DNA from: Lama guanicoe
Taxonomy: Eukaryota
Direction: 5' to 3'
Assembly (NCBI GenBank): GCA_013239625.1
Contig: MU054117.1
Span: 4,702,677 to 4,766,676 of the forward strand
Length of the DNA stretch: 64,000 nt
The notes under the pieces are model-generated. The model did not search any database and was not told the origin of the DNA. It saw only the letters and a list, made by a program, of their open reading frames with translations. A program made the translations under genes and the position numbers. Numbering within the stretch: the stretch's first letter is position 1; each line of letters opens with the position of its first letter. This document shows positions 28,001 through 51,726 of the stretch, piece by piece.

Positions 28001-31000
28001 TTTTTCCACCAGGCAAACAGACACTGGCTGCCTTTGTTCCACTTCTGCTCAAAGTCTGCAACAACCCTGGTCTCTATAGCAACCCGGAGCTCTCCGCAGC
28101 TGCCTCACTTGCCCTGGGCAAGTTCTGTATGATCAGGTGGGCCCTGGGGTTGGGATGGCCTTCTCAGAGGGCATGGGGGATGGGATGGTTTCCCTCATGA
28201 TCCTCTCTTTGCCCCTAGTGCCACTTTCTGTGACTCCCAACTTCGTCTTCTGTTCACCATGCTAGAAAAGTCCTCACTCCCCATTGTTCGATCTAACCTC
28301 ATGATTGCTACTGGGGATCTGGCCATCCGCTTCCCCAACCTGGTGGACCCCTGGACACCACATCTGTATGCTCGGTAAGAGATCCCTCACGACGCCTTAG
28401 CAGCCCCTGAAGCTCTGGGAGGCAGTGGTGAAGTCAGCATGCGAATCACCAGAACTGTGTTCCCCAGACCTTACCATTCCTTGAACCTTTGCTTCACACG
28501 TGACCTGTGCAGGCCCTGGCTAAGTGTGGCCCCAGAGGGATGGACGCCTCTTGTCTAAAGCCTTGGTTACACCCTTGGCCTCTTGCCGCAAACCTAGCTT
28601 CCAACTCTAGACAGCTTTCTAACTGTTTCTCAAATTGCACAATAAGAAGAGCTCATAGATTCGTGCTGAGGGCCTCCCTGCCAGTATCAGGGTGTAGTCC
28701 CAGTGACTTGAGATTTCACTCCTAGCCTCCGGGACCCCGCTCAGCAAGTGCGGAAAACAGCGGGGCTGGTGATGACCCACCTGATCCTCAAGGACATGGT
28801 GAAGGTGAAGGGGCAGGTGAGCGAGATGGCCGTGCTGCTCATCGACCCCGCCCCTCAGATCGCTGCCCTGGCCAAGAATTTCTTCAACGAGCTTTCACAC
28901 AAGGTGAGAGTCAGGGAGGCAGCCCAGGCATGCTGCGGAGGGAACATGCAGGTCTCCTGCCTCTGACGAGACTCTCTCTTACAGGGCAACGCAATCTATA
29001 ACCTCCTTCCAGATGTCATCAGCCGCCTGTCAGACCCCGAGGGTGGGGTGGAGGAAGCGCCCTTCCGCACCATCATGAAGTAGAGCTCTGGGTCTCGGGG
29101 CACGTTTTCTAGTCCCGCAGGCTTAGGGATCAGACCTGTGTGTGCATCCTGGCTCTGCTGCTCTTTAGCTGTGTGGGATTTGGCAGTAACCACCTCTCTG
29201 TGCCTGTTCCTTCTGCGTAAAATTAGGCCATAAATACTCGCACCTTATTAGTTCTCGAGAAGATCCAACAGAAGCTCCTAAAACGCTGGGCAGCCCGTGG
29301 TATTGCTCACTAGATGGCAGCTGCTTTTGTTACAGATTCCCACTCGCAGTGCAAATTCCTCGGGTGGGGGCGGGGGACCTTCTTGGAGGTGGGGGAGAGG
29401 GCGGGAGGGACGTGCCAGGGCCCAGGCCACGGCGCGGAGTCTTCTACTGAGGCAAGAGGAAGACAGGCAGCCGGTGCAGGGGAGAGTCCAGGGCTGGCGT
29501 TGGGGCGGGTTGGGAGCTGCCCTCGGGAGACGGCCCATCTGCATCTCCCTTCCTGCAGGCAGCTGCTCTCCTACGTCACCAAGGACAAGCAGACGGAGAG
29601 CCTGGTGGAGAAGCTGTGCCAGCGCTTCCGCACAGCCCGGTAAGCTGCCTTCCTGGAGGGCTCTTTGTGCTGAGAGGTAGAGGGTGCCCGGAGCAGCCCA
29701 GGGCTGTGGGAGACTGATGAGGGAGGCTGGGCCCTTCCCTCCTGCTGCCACTGCTCCTCAGGATGCCTTCCCGTCTGCAGGACCGAGCGGCAGTACCGGG
29801 ACCTGGCCTACTGCGTGTCCCAGCTGCCCCTCACCGAGCGAGGCCTCCGCAAGATGCTGGACAACTTTGACTGCTTCGGAGATAAACTATCGGACGAGTC
29901 CATCTTCAGTGCCTTTTTGTCAGTCGTGGGCAGGTTGAGGCGCGGAGCCAGGCCTGAGGGAAAGGTGAACAGCGCCTGCTACATTCCAGCCGCAGTTCGT
30001 GCCTGCGTGGTGTTCTGAGTGCCGGCGCTCCCGGTGCCTGACTCATCCCCAGATGATTGCACCCAAGTAACCAGGGTGACCTGAGACCAGGCCTCTGTCT
30101 CCAATTCTTGATTCTTTGTTTCTTTTTCTCTTTTTTCCATAGACTTTATTAAGGGCAGTTGCACGTTTAAAGAAAAATTGAATAGAAAGTATAGAGTTCT
30201 CTGGGCTGACCCTGCCCCCAGGCAGACATGGTCTCCCCAGTTCCCCTCATCTGGGCCAGAGCACCCAGGCCAGGGCGGGCGTTTGTTACCGGCAGTGAAC
30301 CAGCCCTGACACGCCACTGTTGCCCCTGGTTCCCCGGGGGTTCCCTCCAGATGGAGCGCGCACTGTGTGTTTAGACAAACGTATCCTGACCTGTGTCCAC
30401 CGCCGTGTCCTTCAGAGGAGTCTCCCTGCCCCGAGGAGCCTCTGCTCCCCCATTTACCCCGGGGCCCACAGCCCCGGCAACCACTCATCCTTCTACTGTC
30501 ACCACAGCTTTGCTGTTCTCAGAATGTCATATCGCAGGAGTCACACAGCGTGTACCCTTCTCAGCTGGGTTCTTTCACTTAGTGATGAGCATTTAAGGTT
30601 CCTCCATGTCCTTTCATGGCCTTGTTTCTTTTTAATCACAGAAATAACTATTTCCAGGCCTGCTCTTAATCTCTTTTTCCCATCAGACTATAATAGATGA
30701 ATTTGAGCAGAAGCTTCGAGCCTGTCACACCAGAGGTTTGGATGCAATGGAGGAACTTGAGAATGGCCCTGGGGGTAGCCACAGAGCCCCATCAGCCAAG
30801 AAACAACCCACTGGTATGTGAGGCAGGCCCTCCTCTCCTCTCAGATTAGAGGTTCCTTTATTTACTTTATTATCTTTTTTTTTTTTTTTGGACTCATGCC
30901 TCTGCCTTTTCTAGTTTCCAGACGAAGGCATCTGGCTTCTGCAGCCTCAGACAATGACTTCGTCACACCTGAGCCCCGCCGTATGACCCGTCGGCATCCA

Positions 31001-31387
31001 AACACCCAGCAGCAAGTTTCGAAAAAGAAACTCAGAATTGTCTTCTCAAGCGATGAATCCAGCGATGAAGGTACGGTGCTCCCTCACAGACTTGGTCCAG
31101 AACGAGGTGAGCTTGCGAGGAGGCTGGCTTTGCGGGGTATGCCACTGTATAGAGGTGTCCCTTCTCCTCCCCGCCCCCCACCCCTCACCTGTTTTTCTTC
31201 TTGTGCTGTGAGGTCTGAAACTGTTCCATTTGTTCTCCAAGATCTATTTTTCACCATCTTTGTAACTCAGCTTTTCCTTATCCCCCCAATTCTTTGAATA
31301 GAACTGTCAGCAGAGATGACAGAAGATGAGACACCCAAGAAAGCCACGCCCATCCGCCGAGCATCTGCCCACAGGCACAGGTCCTAG
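7071..31387 (+). CDS. NCAPD2: Condensin I complex subunit 1 (CAP-D2), 31 coding exons, 4203 nt, 1400 aa
   Basis: Exons: 7071-7197, 14451-14526, 14804-14862, 15342-15523, 15815-15957, 17810-17937, 18010-18133, 18317-18464, 19468-19665, 19996-20130, 20228-20315, 20408-20588, 22222-22346, 22719-22958, 23248-23422, 23951-24035, 25636-25769, 26090-26222, 26314-26398, 26475-26642, 26943-27112, 27826-27937, 28013-28136, 28219-28374, 28726-28903, 28985-29079, 29559-29639, 29781-29964, 30687-30813, 30915-31070, 31302-31387. All introns are GT-AG and phases are consistent. Recognisable peptides: YEFHLPLSPEELLKSGGVNQYVVQEV, HDVNSFVRSRVLQ, THLILKDMVKVKGQVSEMA. AATAAA at 31604-31609. Confidence 0.96.
8500..10620 (-). 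mobile_element. Degenerate LINE-2 segment (with an embedded MER5A)
   Basis: L2 3'-end signature TATGTGCCAGGCACTGTTCTAGGCACTGAGGATACA followed by purine-rich L2 body text. Boundaries are approximate. Confidence 0.7.
8940..9105. mobile_element. MER5A-like hAT-Charlie DNA transposon relic
   Basis: CTCAGAGTGCGGTCTTCAGACCAGCAG...ACTACTGAATCAGAAA...AAGTTTGAGAAGCACTG. Confidence 0.7.
12091..12568. mobile_element. Tigger3/Golem-family non-autonomous TcMar DNA transposon
   Basis: Starts TA|CAGACGTCCCCTACTGGATGGTT and ends AACCCCATGGTAAATCAAGGAAGATCTG|TG. These are degenerate terminal inverted repeats of the CAGATG...CGACTTACGATGG type with a TA target site. Confidence 0.75.
12722..12866 (-). mobile_element. 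tRNA-derived SINE (probably camelid vic-1-like)
   Basis: T-rich tail plus GGAGATACTGGGGATTGAATCCAGGACCTTGTGCATG...ACCACTGAGCTGTATACCC. Flanking TAGTAAGTTT/TAGTAAATTT is a likely target-site duplication. Confidence 0.8.
12870..14140 (+). mobile_element. Old L1 (L1MC-like) 3' region, including a (TG)n tract at 12994-13012
   Basis: L1MC-type 3' UTR text (GATCAAAGTTAA...CAGTAATAAGACA; TAAATGCATCGTGG...GATTGG) ending in an A-rich tail at about 14117-14138. Confidence 0.6.
14940..15265 (+). ncRNA. SCARNA10: scaRNA U85 (SCARNA10), composite box C/D-H/ACA Cajal body RNA guiding U5 snRNA modification
   Basis: Fills most of NCAPD2 intron 4. C box ATGATGA at 14945-14951. D box CTGA at 15257-15260. Terminal stem AGCCA/TGGCT. 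H-box-like AGACCA at 15063-15068. The antisense element ATCTTTGGTAA upstream of box D is complementary to the U5 loop region (UUACUAAAGAU, with one G:U pair). Sequence closely resembles human U85 as recalled. Confidence 0.95.
16158..17397 (-). mobile_element. Degenerate LINE-2 segment
   Basis: Starts with the L2 terminus ATTCATTTATGAAACAGTATTTACTGAGAATCTCCTAGGTGC, followed by typical L2 body text (GGTGACATTTGAGCAAAG, GGGGACCAGTTAGGAGGCTGTTG). Confidence 0.72.
17398..17510 (+). mobile_element. tRNA-derived SINE (probably camelid vic-1-like) inserted in L2
   Basis: GGGAGGGTATAGCTCAATAACAGAGTGTGTGCCTAGCATGGACGAGGTTCTGGATTCAGTCCCTAGC with an A-rich tail. Flanked by the CAGATGCAGCTGAAGGT / CAGGTGCAGATGAAAGGT duplication. 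Confidence 0.8.
23572..23842 (-). mobile_element. Short L1 3'-end fragment
   Basis: TTTACTGAAGTATAGTTGATGTACAGTATTG is the reverse complement of the same L1 terminus seen at 2095-2125. Confidence 0.75.
24260..24485 (-). mobile_element. MIR SINE (other MIR relics near 4690-4850, 6440-6590, 6720-6900, 7760-7900, 39070-39230, 43430-43520)
   Basis: GCCAGGCACTGTTCTCAGCACTTT...CATTTTACAGTGAGAAATCTGAAGCGCAGAGAGGTTAC core. Confidence 0.75.
30135..30645 (-). mobile_element. L1MB-like 3' fragment in the NCAPD2 intron following exon 29781-29964
   Basis: AGACTTTATT...GAAAAATTGAATAGAAAGTATAGAGTTC...GGCAACCACT...TTCTTTCACTTAGTGATGAGCATTTAAGGTTCCTCCATGTC. Confidence 0.7.
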
Positions 31388-31841
31388 GGCGGCCTTGCCT
31401 GTCCCCATCCCTGCTGTGCAGGTGTCTTGTGGAGTGACCTTGAACACCACCCGCTTGTAGAATACTTGTTTGCCCGTCTGCTTGTTTTTTATAACACGTA
31501 AGTGATCTTTGAAATGTAAGGCATTGCTCTTAAACGCCTCATGGAACCAAGTGGAGCTGCTTTCACTGGAATATACTTTTGCCAGTCTCCTTGTTTTCTA
31601 ATGAATAAATGTTTTTATTTACTTTTAGAGGTTTTTCCTAAGCTGTCTTTGTTTCATCTTTCACGTTATCCCAGAGGCAGGCAGCAGGTTGTCAATTCAG
31701 AAGATGAGCCCAGGAGTCTAGGGCCTGACCCGGCATCTGAGCGTCAGGCCCCCTCAGTGCCTTGTCGTTGCCTCCACCTCCCCTGCACACGCAGCAGGGT
31801 TGCTCCCAGGTGGAGAATTAGGCAGCAGCTAGACTTCAGAG

Positions 31842-32052
31842 AGGCCCTTCTCAATCTGGGGCGATTTTGCCCTCCAGGGGACATTCAATAATGTCTGGAG
31901 ACTTGTCACAGCCTAGCAGGGAGGGGTGCTCCCAGCAGCTAGTGGGTAGAGGCCAGGGATGTTGCTCAGTATCCTGCTGCACAGGACCCTCCCACCACAA
32001 AGAATGATCTGGCCCAGAATGCTGGCTAGTGGTGCTGAGGCTGAGAAACCCT
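31842..32052. mobile_element. MER20 hAT-Charlie DNA transposon relic
   Basis: TTCTCAATCTGGGGCGATTTTGCCCTCCAGGGGACATT...TGGGTAGAGGCCAGGGATGTTGCT...GGTGCTGAGGCTGAGAAACCCT. Confidence 0.8.
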
Positions 32053-33749
32053 CCCTTCCGCCACGGGCTGGTTTCTTCTGTCCTGCCCCCACCCCAACTT
32101 GTGCCCCTAACCTCACCTCTGAAGACAGGTGCCCGACCTGGCCAGGTTGCTGGCAGTTCAAGTCATGATCCCCTGCAGCTCTAGACAGTGTCTCTCCAGC
32201 CTGCCTACCAGGGGTGCCTTACCGTGTTACAGGGTCTGCAGGAGTCAGCCCCTCAGGCACAGGCCCTGTCCACCCACCCCTGCTCCCCAAGTCTCTCTGC
32301 TGAGTCACCTGAACAGGAGGCAGCGAGGCTGCTGTCATGACAACACTGGTGTCTTTGCTGTCATGACAACAGCAGACTGGGCCAGTCACGCTCCCTGGGC
32401 ACTGAGCTCCCTCCTTCCAGCAGAGGACAGTAATAAGAAATGACAAGCATGAGGCAAAGGGGAACATGCCTTGGGTAGCACAGGAGGGTGGAGGGTGGGT
32501 ACCTAAGGCCCCTCAGGAAAAGTGTTTGCGGTCCTGTGGGAGCCTGAGCAGGAGCGAACAGTGGCAACAGCGTGTTTCCCCTGCACTTCCCCAGCCAGCT
32601 CCTCAGTGTGGCGCCTCCTGCCTCCTCTCACCCTTAGGCGCCCTCTGGCCCTGCTCTTGCTGCTCTTGAAACGTCTGGGCACCAACCATGCAGATGGCTG
32701 CTGGCCACAGCTAGCCTTGGATCTGGGGCCCCAAGGAGGGAGGGCAATCCCAGAAAGGGAAGGGACGGTCTGGAGTCGGGGTGCTGGATAGCGTGCTCTC
32801 TGCCTTTTAAGCAAAGGTTATCACCAGGCCGGCTAAACTTAGCCACAGGCTTTTCAGCTGGAAAAGGGGGCTGGTCTCAGGTTACGCTGGGCCAGCAAAG
32901 AGGCCCCAGTTTCGTCCCCCAGCACCTGCTGATGGGCAATGTCTGTTCCACTCCACCCCCTTTAGACCATTAGCCCCTCAGTTCCTCAGAACCAGCCCTT
33001 CCTGCATCCTCAGCTCACAAACCCGGGACAGCTGGGGCTCCTGACCAGTCTTGGAGGGGAATGGATCCCTTTACATCATGTGCGGGAAGGGACTGGGGGC
33101 CTGTTCCCACCATGTGCCCAAGACCTCTCAATTTTTCCCTCTTCTGGACTCCCCACCCTGCCCCCAACATCCCTTGGGCGCAGCCAGTGAAGGGGAGGCC
33201 CTGATTCCAGGGCTGGCCTGCACGTTCCAGGATGGGGAGGGACTTCCGCCCTCACGTCCTACTCTCTGCCCGGGGCTGGACAGGCTGGATGGGGTGAAAG
33301 GGGCATTGTCTCCCAGCCTGGGCGGCACAGCCCTCAGGTTTCCCAGGAGCGACTTTGTTGAGAGGCCTTCGGCCCTCTACCCGCCCAGCCCCAAACATTG
33401 ATCCAGATCCTGTCCCGCCCTCGCCCTGGACCCCAGCCTCTGCCTGGGGGAGAGCAGCTGGTGCACACAGGGCCTAGTTTGTCTGCCCCGATTCTCAGGT
33501 CTCCAGGCTGTCCGCGCTGCAGGACATCGTGACCTTCAGTGCAAAAACCTCCCCTTCAAGCCTTCTCCTGAACCTTTTTCCCCTCCAGGCCCACACTGCC
33601 CAGCGCCCAGCCCCGGCCCCCGGCCCAAAGAGGCGCGGAGCCAGGTTGGGGGTGCAGTGGGGAGAGGGGTCTGGGAAGGGCCCCGCGGGAGGCCCCTCCC
33701 GAGCCTTCCTCTGCAAAGCCTGTTTCACTACCGAAGAGCATCGAGAAGT

Positions 33750-34585
33750 TCCTCGTCTCTCTCGGCCATTGAAAGCAGCGGGGCGGGGGACGGGGTGGGG
33801 GTGGTGAGGAAGGGGGAGCCTGCAGCGGGGAGCCGCCCCGGGCTCCGGCTCCAGTTCCCCATCCCACTGGCTCCCTAGGTCCTCCCGTTACATCCAGGCA
33901 GCAACTTTAACGTCCCTGACTCCTGGTTGTCCTCAGCTCTCACCAGGGCCCTTGCCCCGGAGTCCACAGGCCCCCCTACATCCCCCAGGCACCATCACCG
34001 GTCGCCTCCTCCTTGGGGCCTCAGTCCCCTCCCCCTCTCAATCCTCAGCCCACAAGGGCGGTGCGTGCACATTTGAAGAACCAGGCGGATCCAAAAAACA
34101 GGATGGGGCCGGCTACTCGCGGTTTTACGGGCGCACGTAGCTCAGGCCTCTGTACCTCGGGGCCCCGACTGGGCGAGGCGAGCTCGCGTCACCACGCCCC
34201 CGCCCCGCCCCCTGTCCTATAAATTCAGGCTGCAGCCACCCCCGGCGCTCTCTGCTCCTCCCCGTTCGACAGACAGCCGCATCTCTCGTGAGTGCCAGGT
34301 AAATCCTGGCGCAGAGGAGCCACAAAGGGCTCGGGGACGGGCCCGAAAGGGATACGGGCGTGCGCGGGCAGAGGGTGCGGCTGCGGGTTCCAGCCCGGGC
34401 CGGGGTCTGAGTTGCGCCCGGTTGGGCCCCCGCATTGCAGGGGCGGGGGGAAGGACGTGCGGAAGCGCAGAGCGGGGATGGAAGCCTGGGGGAGGGGCTG
34501 GGAGGGCCCCCACTGGACTCCAGCCGCTTCGCCCCGTGGTCTGATGCTCACTTTCGTCTGCCCGCAGCCGAGTCTCTGAGACACG

Positions 34586-34600
<15 letters not shown>
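33750..34600 (+). promoter_or_regulatory. GAPDH promoter CpG island and non-coding exon 1 (about 34247-34298)
   Basis: TATAAA at 34218-34223. GC boxes at 34195-34212. HRE-type GCACGTAG at 34133-34140. Exon 1 begins GCTCTCTGCTCCTC and ends at the donor CAG|GTAAAT at 34298. Confidence 0.85.
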
Positions 34601-38300
<3,700 letters not shown>

Positions 38301-40148
38301 GAGTCCCTGGACCCCCAGCCCCAGCAAGAGCACAAGAGGAAGAGAGAGGCCCTCAGCTGCTGGGGAGTCCTGGCCCCAACTCGATCCCCCAACACACCTG
38401 AGAATCTGACCTCCACACAGTTTCCATCCCAGACCTCCTGAAGGGGGGGGGGGCTCAGGGAGCCCTGCCTTGTCACGTACCATCAATAAAGTATACTCAA
38501 CCCAGCCTGCTCTGCGTGGTCTCACTCCAGGGGGCCAGGATCCAGGGAGGGGAGCTGGGCCAGCCGAGGAGAACTAGATCTGAGCCCCAGACTAGGCAGA
38601 AGCCCCCCTGGCCTGGAGGACACCCTCACAGGGGTGCGCTGCCTTTCCTCCCGGGTGCTCCGGGAAGCCTGCCCGGCCACCGTGGGGAACTAGGCCGATC
38701 CCACTGCACCGCTGCTCCAGGTTGCCGGGGCCTGGCTGCCTACGTCCAGACGCCATTCTGACTGCAGCTCCCGGAGGGTAACACTGGCACACGGTCCATC
38801 AGGCCTCGGCTGGTGACCTGCCTTCTCTAAAGCAGAACAGGGAGCATGGCCAGGCTGCCAGTGCGGATTCCTTCTCTGCCTCAGTCCTCGCCCCTAGTGA
38901 CGCCCCCTGCAGTGAGGCTGTGAGGGTGCCCAGCTCCCGCGGTCATCAGAGGTGTTACAGTAGGGTTTGACCGGGGGCAGGGATGGGATGGCTTTACTCC
39001 CAGGTCGCCGGTGGGCTCAGCGGGAAGCACAGCCGGCACCAGCGACCCGGGCTGAGGCCCACTTGAGGCTCCCGTTACTTTGGACAAGTTACTTAGAACC
39101 TCTACACCTCGCCCTGCACCTGCATGTTTGTAAAATGGTGAAAACCAGCCACACGGCACGGTGAGGGCTGTCGCCAAGCCACCACCAGAAACTGCTGGAA
39201 ACAGCGACACAAAGTGTTCAATAAATACTTGCCAGTTTCATTATTAGATTCCACTCAACATCAGCCCAGCCCAGCCCAGCCCAGCCTGCCTCGGGCAGTG
39301 GCACTGAGGTCACCTCAGTCTCGCCTCCCCAGTTTCTCCGAGCTTTTCCGAGTCCGGGACATCTTGCTCAGTCTGTTGGTCTCAGTGCACGAGACACGGA
39401 GGAGGCACGTCTTCAGCTGATGCTTGAAGAAGCTGTGGCCCTGAGCACACATGCTAGACACATGTGCACACGCGCACACACACACATCCACACAGGTAGT
39501 GCCACCTTCCTGTCACTTGGCAGTGACAAGCAGGAGCTTCCACCTCCCTCTACAATACTGCGCTCGGTCAGACCCAGAAGCCGCCTGGACTGGGCGCTCT
39601 AAGGCCCCGTTATGTGTAGCACTTCCATGAGGGAAGTCACAGCCATGTCACTCTGCTGTCAACGGGCAGACGGCCGTGAGCACTTGGACAACAGGACAGA
39701 GTGCTGTGCCTAGTCCCACTCCCTCCACCTGTGACATGCAGGGACAACCTCTCCTGTCGCACAAGCCACAGGATGTCCAGCCTGGTCCACTTCATACCAG
39801 TGCCTGGGCCAGTCAGCACCAGTACAGAATCAAGACTGCCAGCTGGCTCCAGGCCACAGGGAGGGAAGGAAGATCACAGTCCTCACTCGACGGAGAGGGC
39901 GAGAGGCCGCGAGCACCGGCAGCGTGTTAAAGGCGAGAGTAGCAGACACCCAGGCGTGAAGGCAGGAGACCCCGGCTGTGCGGCCAGGCCTTGCTCCAGA
40001 CACCCCAGAACCCGAGAGAGGCCAAGGACCAAGGCAGGAAGCCGGGAGGAGAGCCTAGGGCCCGAGGCCAGGCTCGGTGCCCCCTTCTGCGACCCCCAGC
40101 CCTCTGTCTCGCAAGCGGGACCCCTGCGGGCCAAGCTGGAGGAGGTCC

Positions 40149-51250
<11,102 letters not shown>

Positions 51251-51726
51251 CCAGCCAGGGTGGCAGAGGGGTATAAAACCCAGGTCTTCCAGTATTCCAT
51301 GGTTCTGGTGGCACGAAACCCATCTTCCCTACATACACCCCTATTGCCCTCCTTTCTCCAAAGTCCAAACACCCAGGCCCTGACTCCATGAGGCTCCTTC
51401 CCTGGGTCCCTGGGGAGACCAAAGGACCCCTCCCCAGGGGCCTAGAACTTACGTGATTTGTCAATATACCACGCTGTCCCCTCTCTTCAGAGGGGCCGGG
51501 TCCCACCCTCCCACCTCTACCCATAAAGCAGCAAAGCTAGTACCCAGTCGTCTCGAAACACACACAGAGGCCAGAGATCATAAAATTTGTATTAAATTTC
51601 ATATCCACAGTGGGGAAGCCATCCTCACAGAGGTAAGAGTTCTGACCCAGTAAAAACGACAATAAGCCACCCCAGTCTAGTTCAACCATTCACCGAAGAC
51701 AGCAGTGGCTGGCCGCTGCCTCTGGA

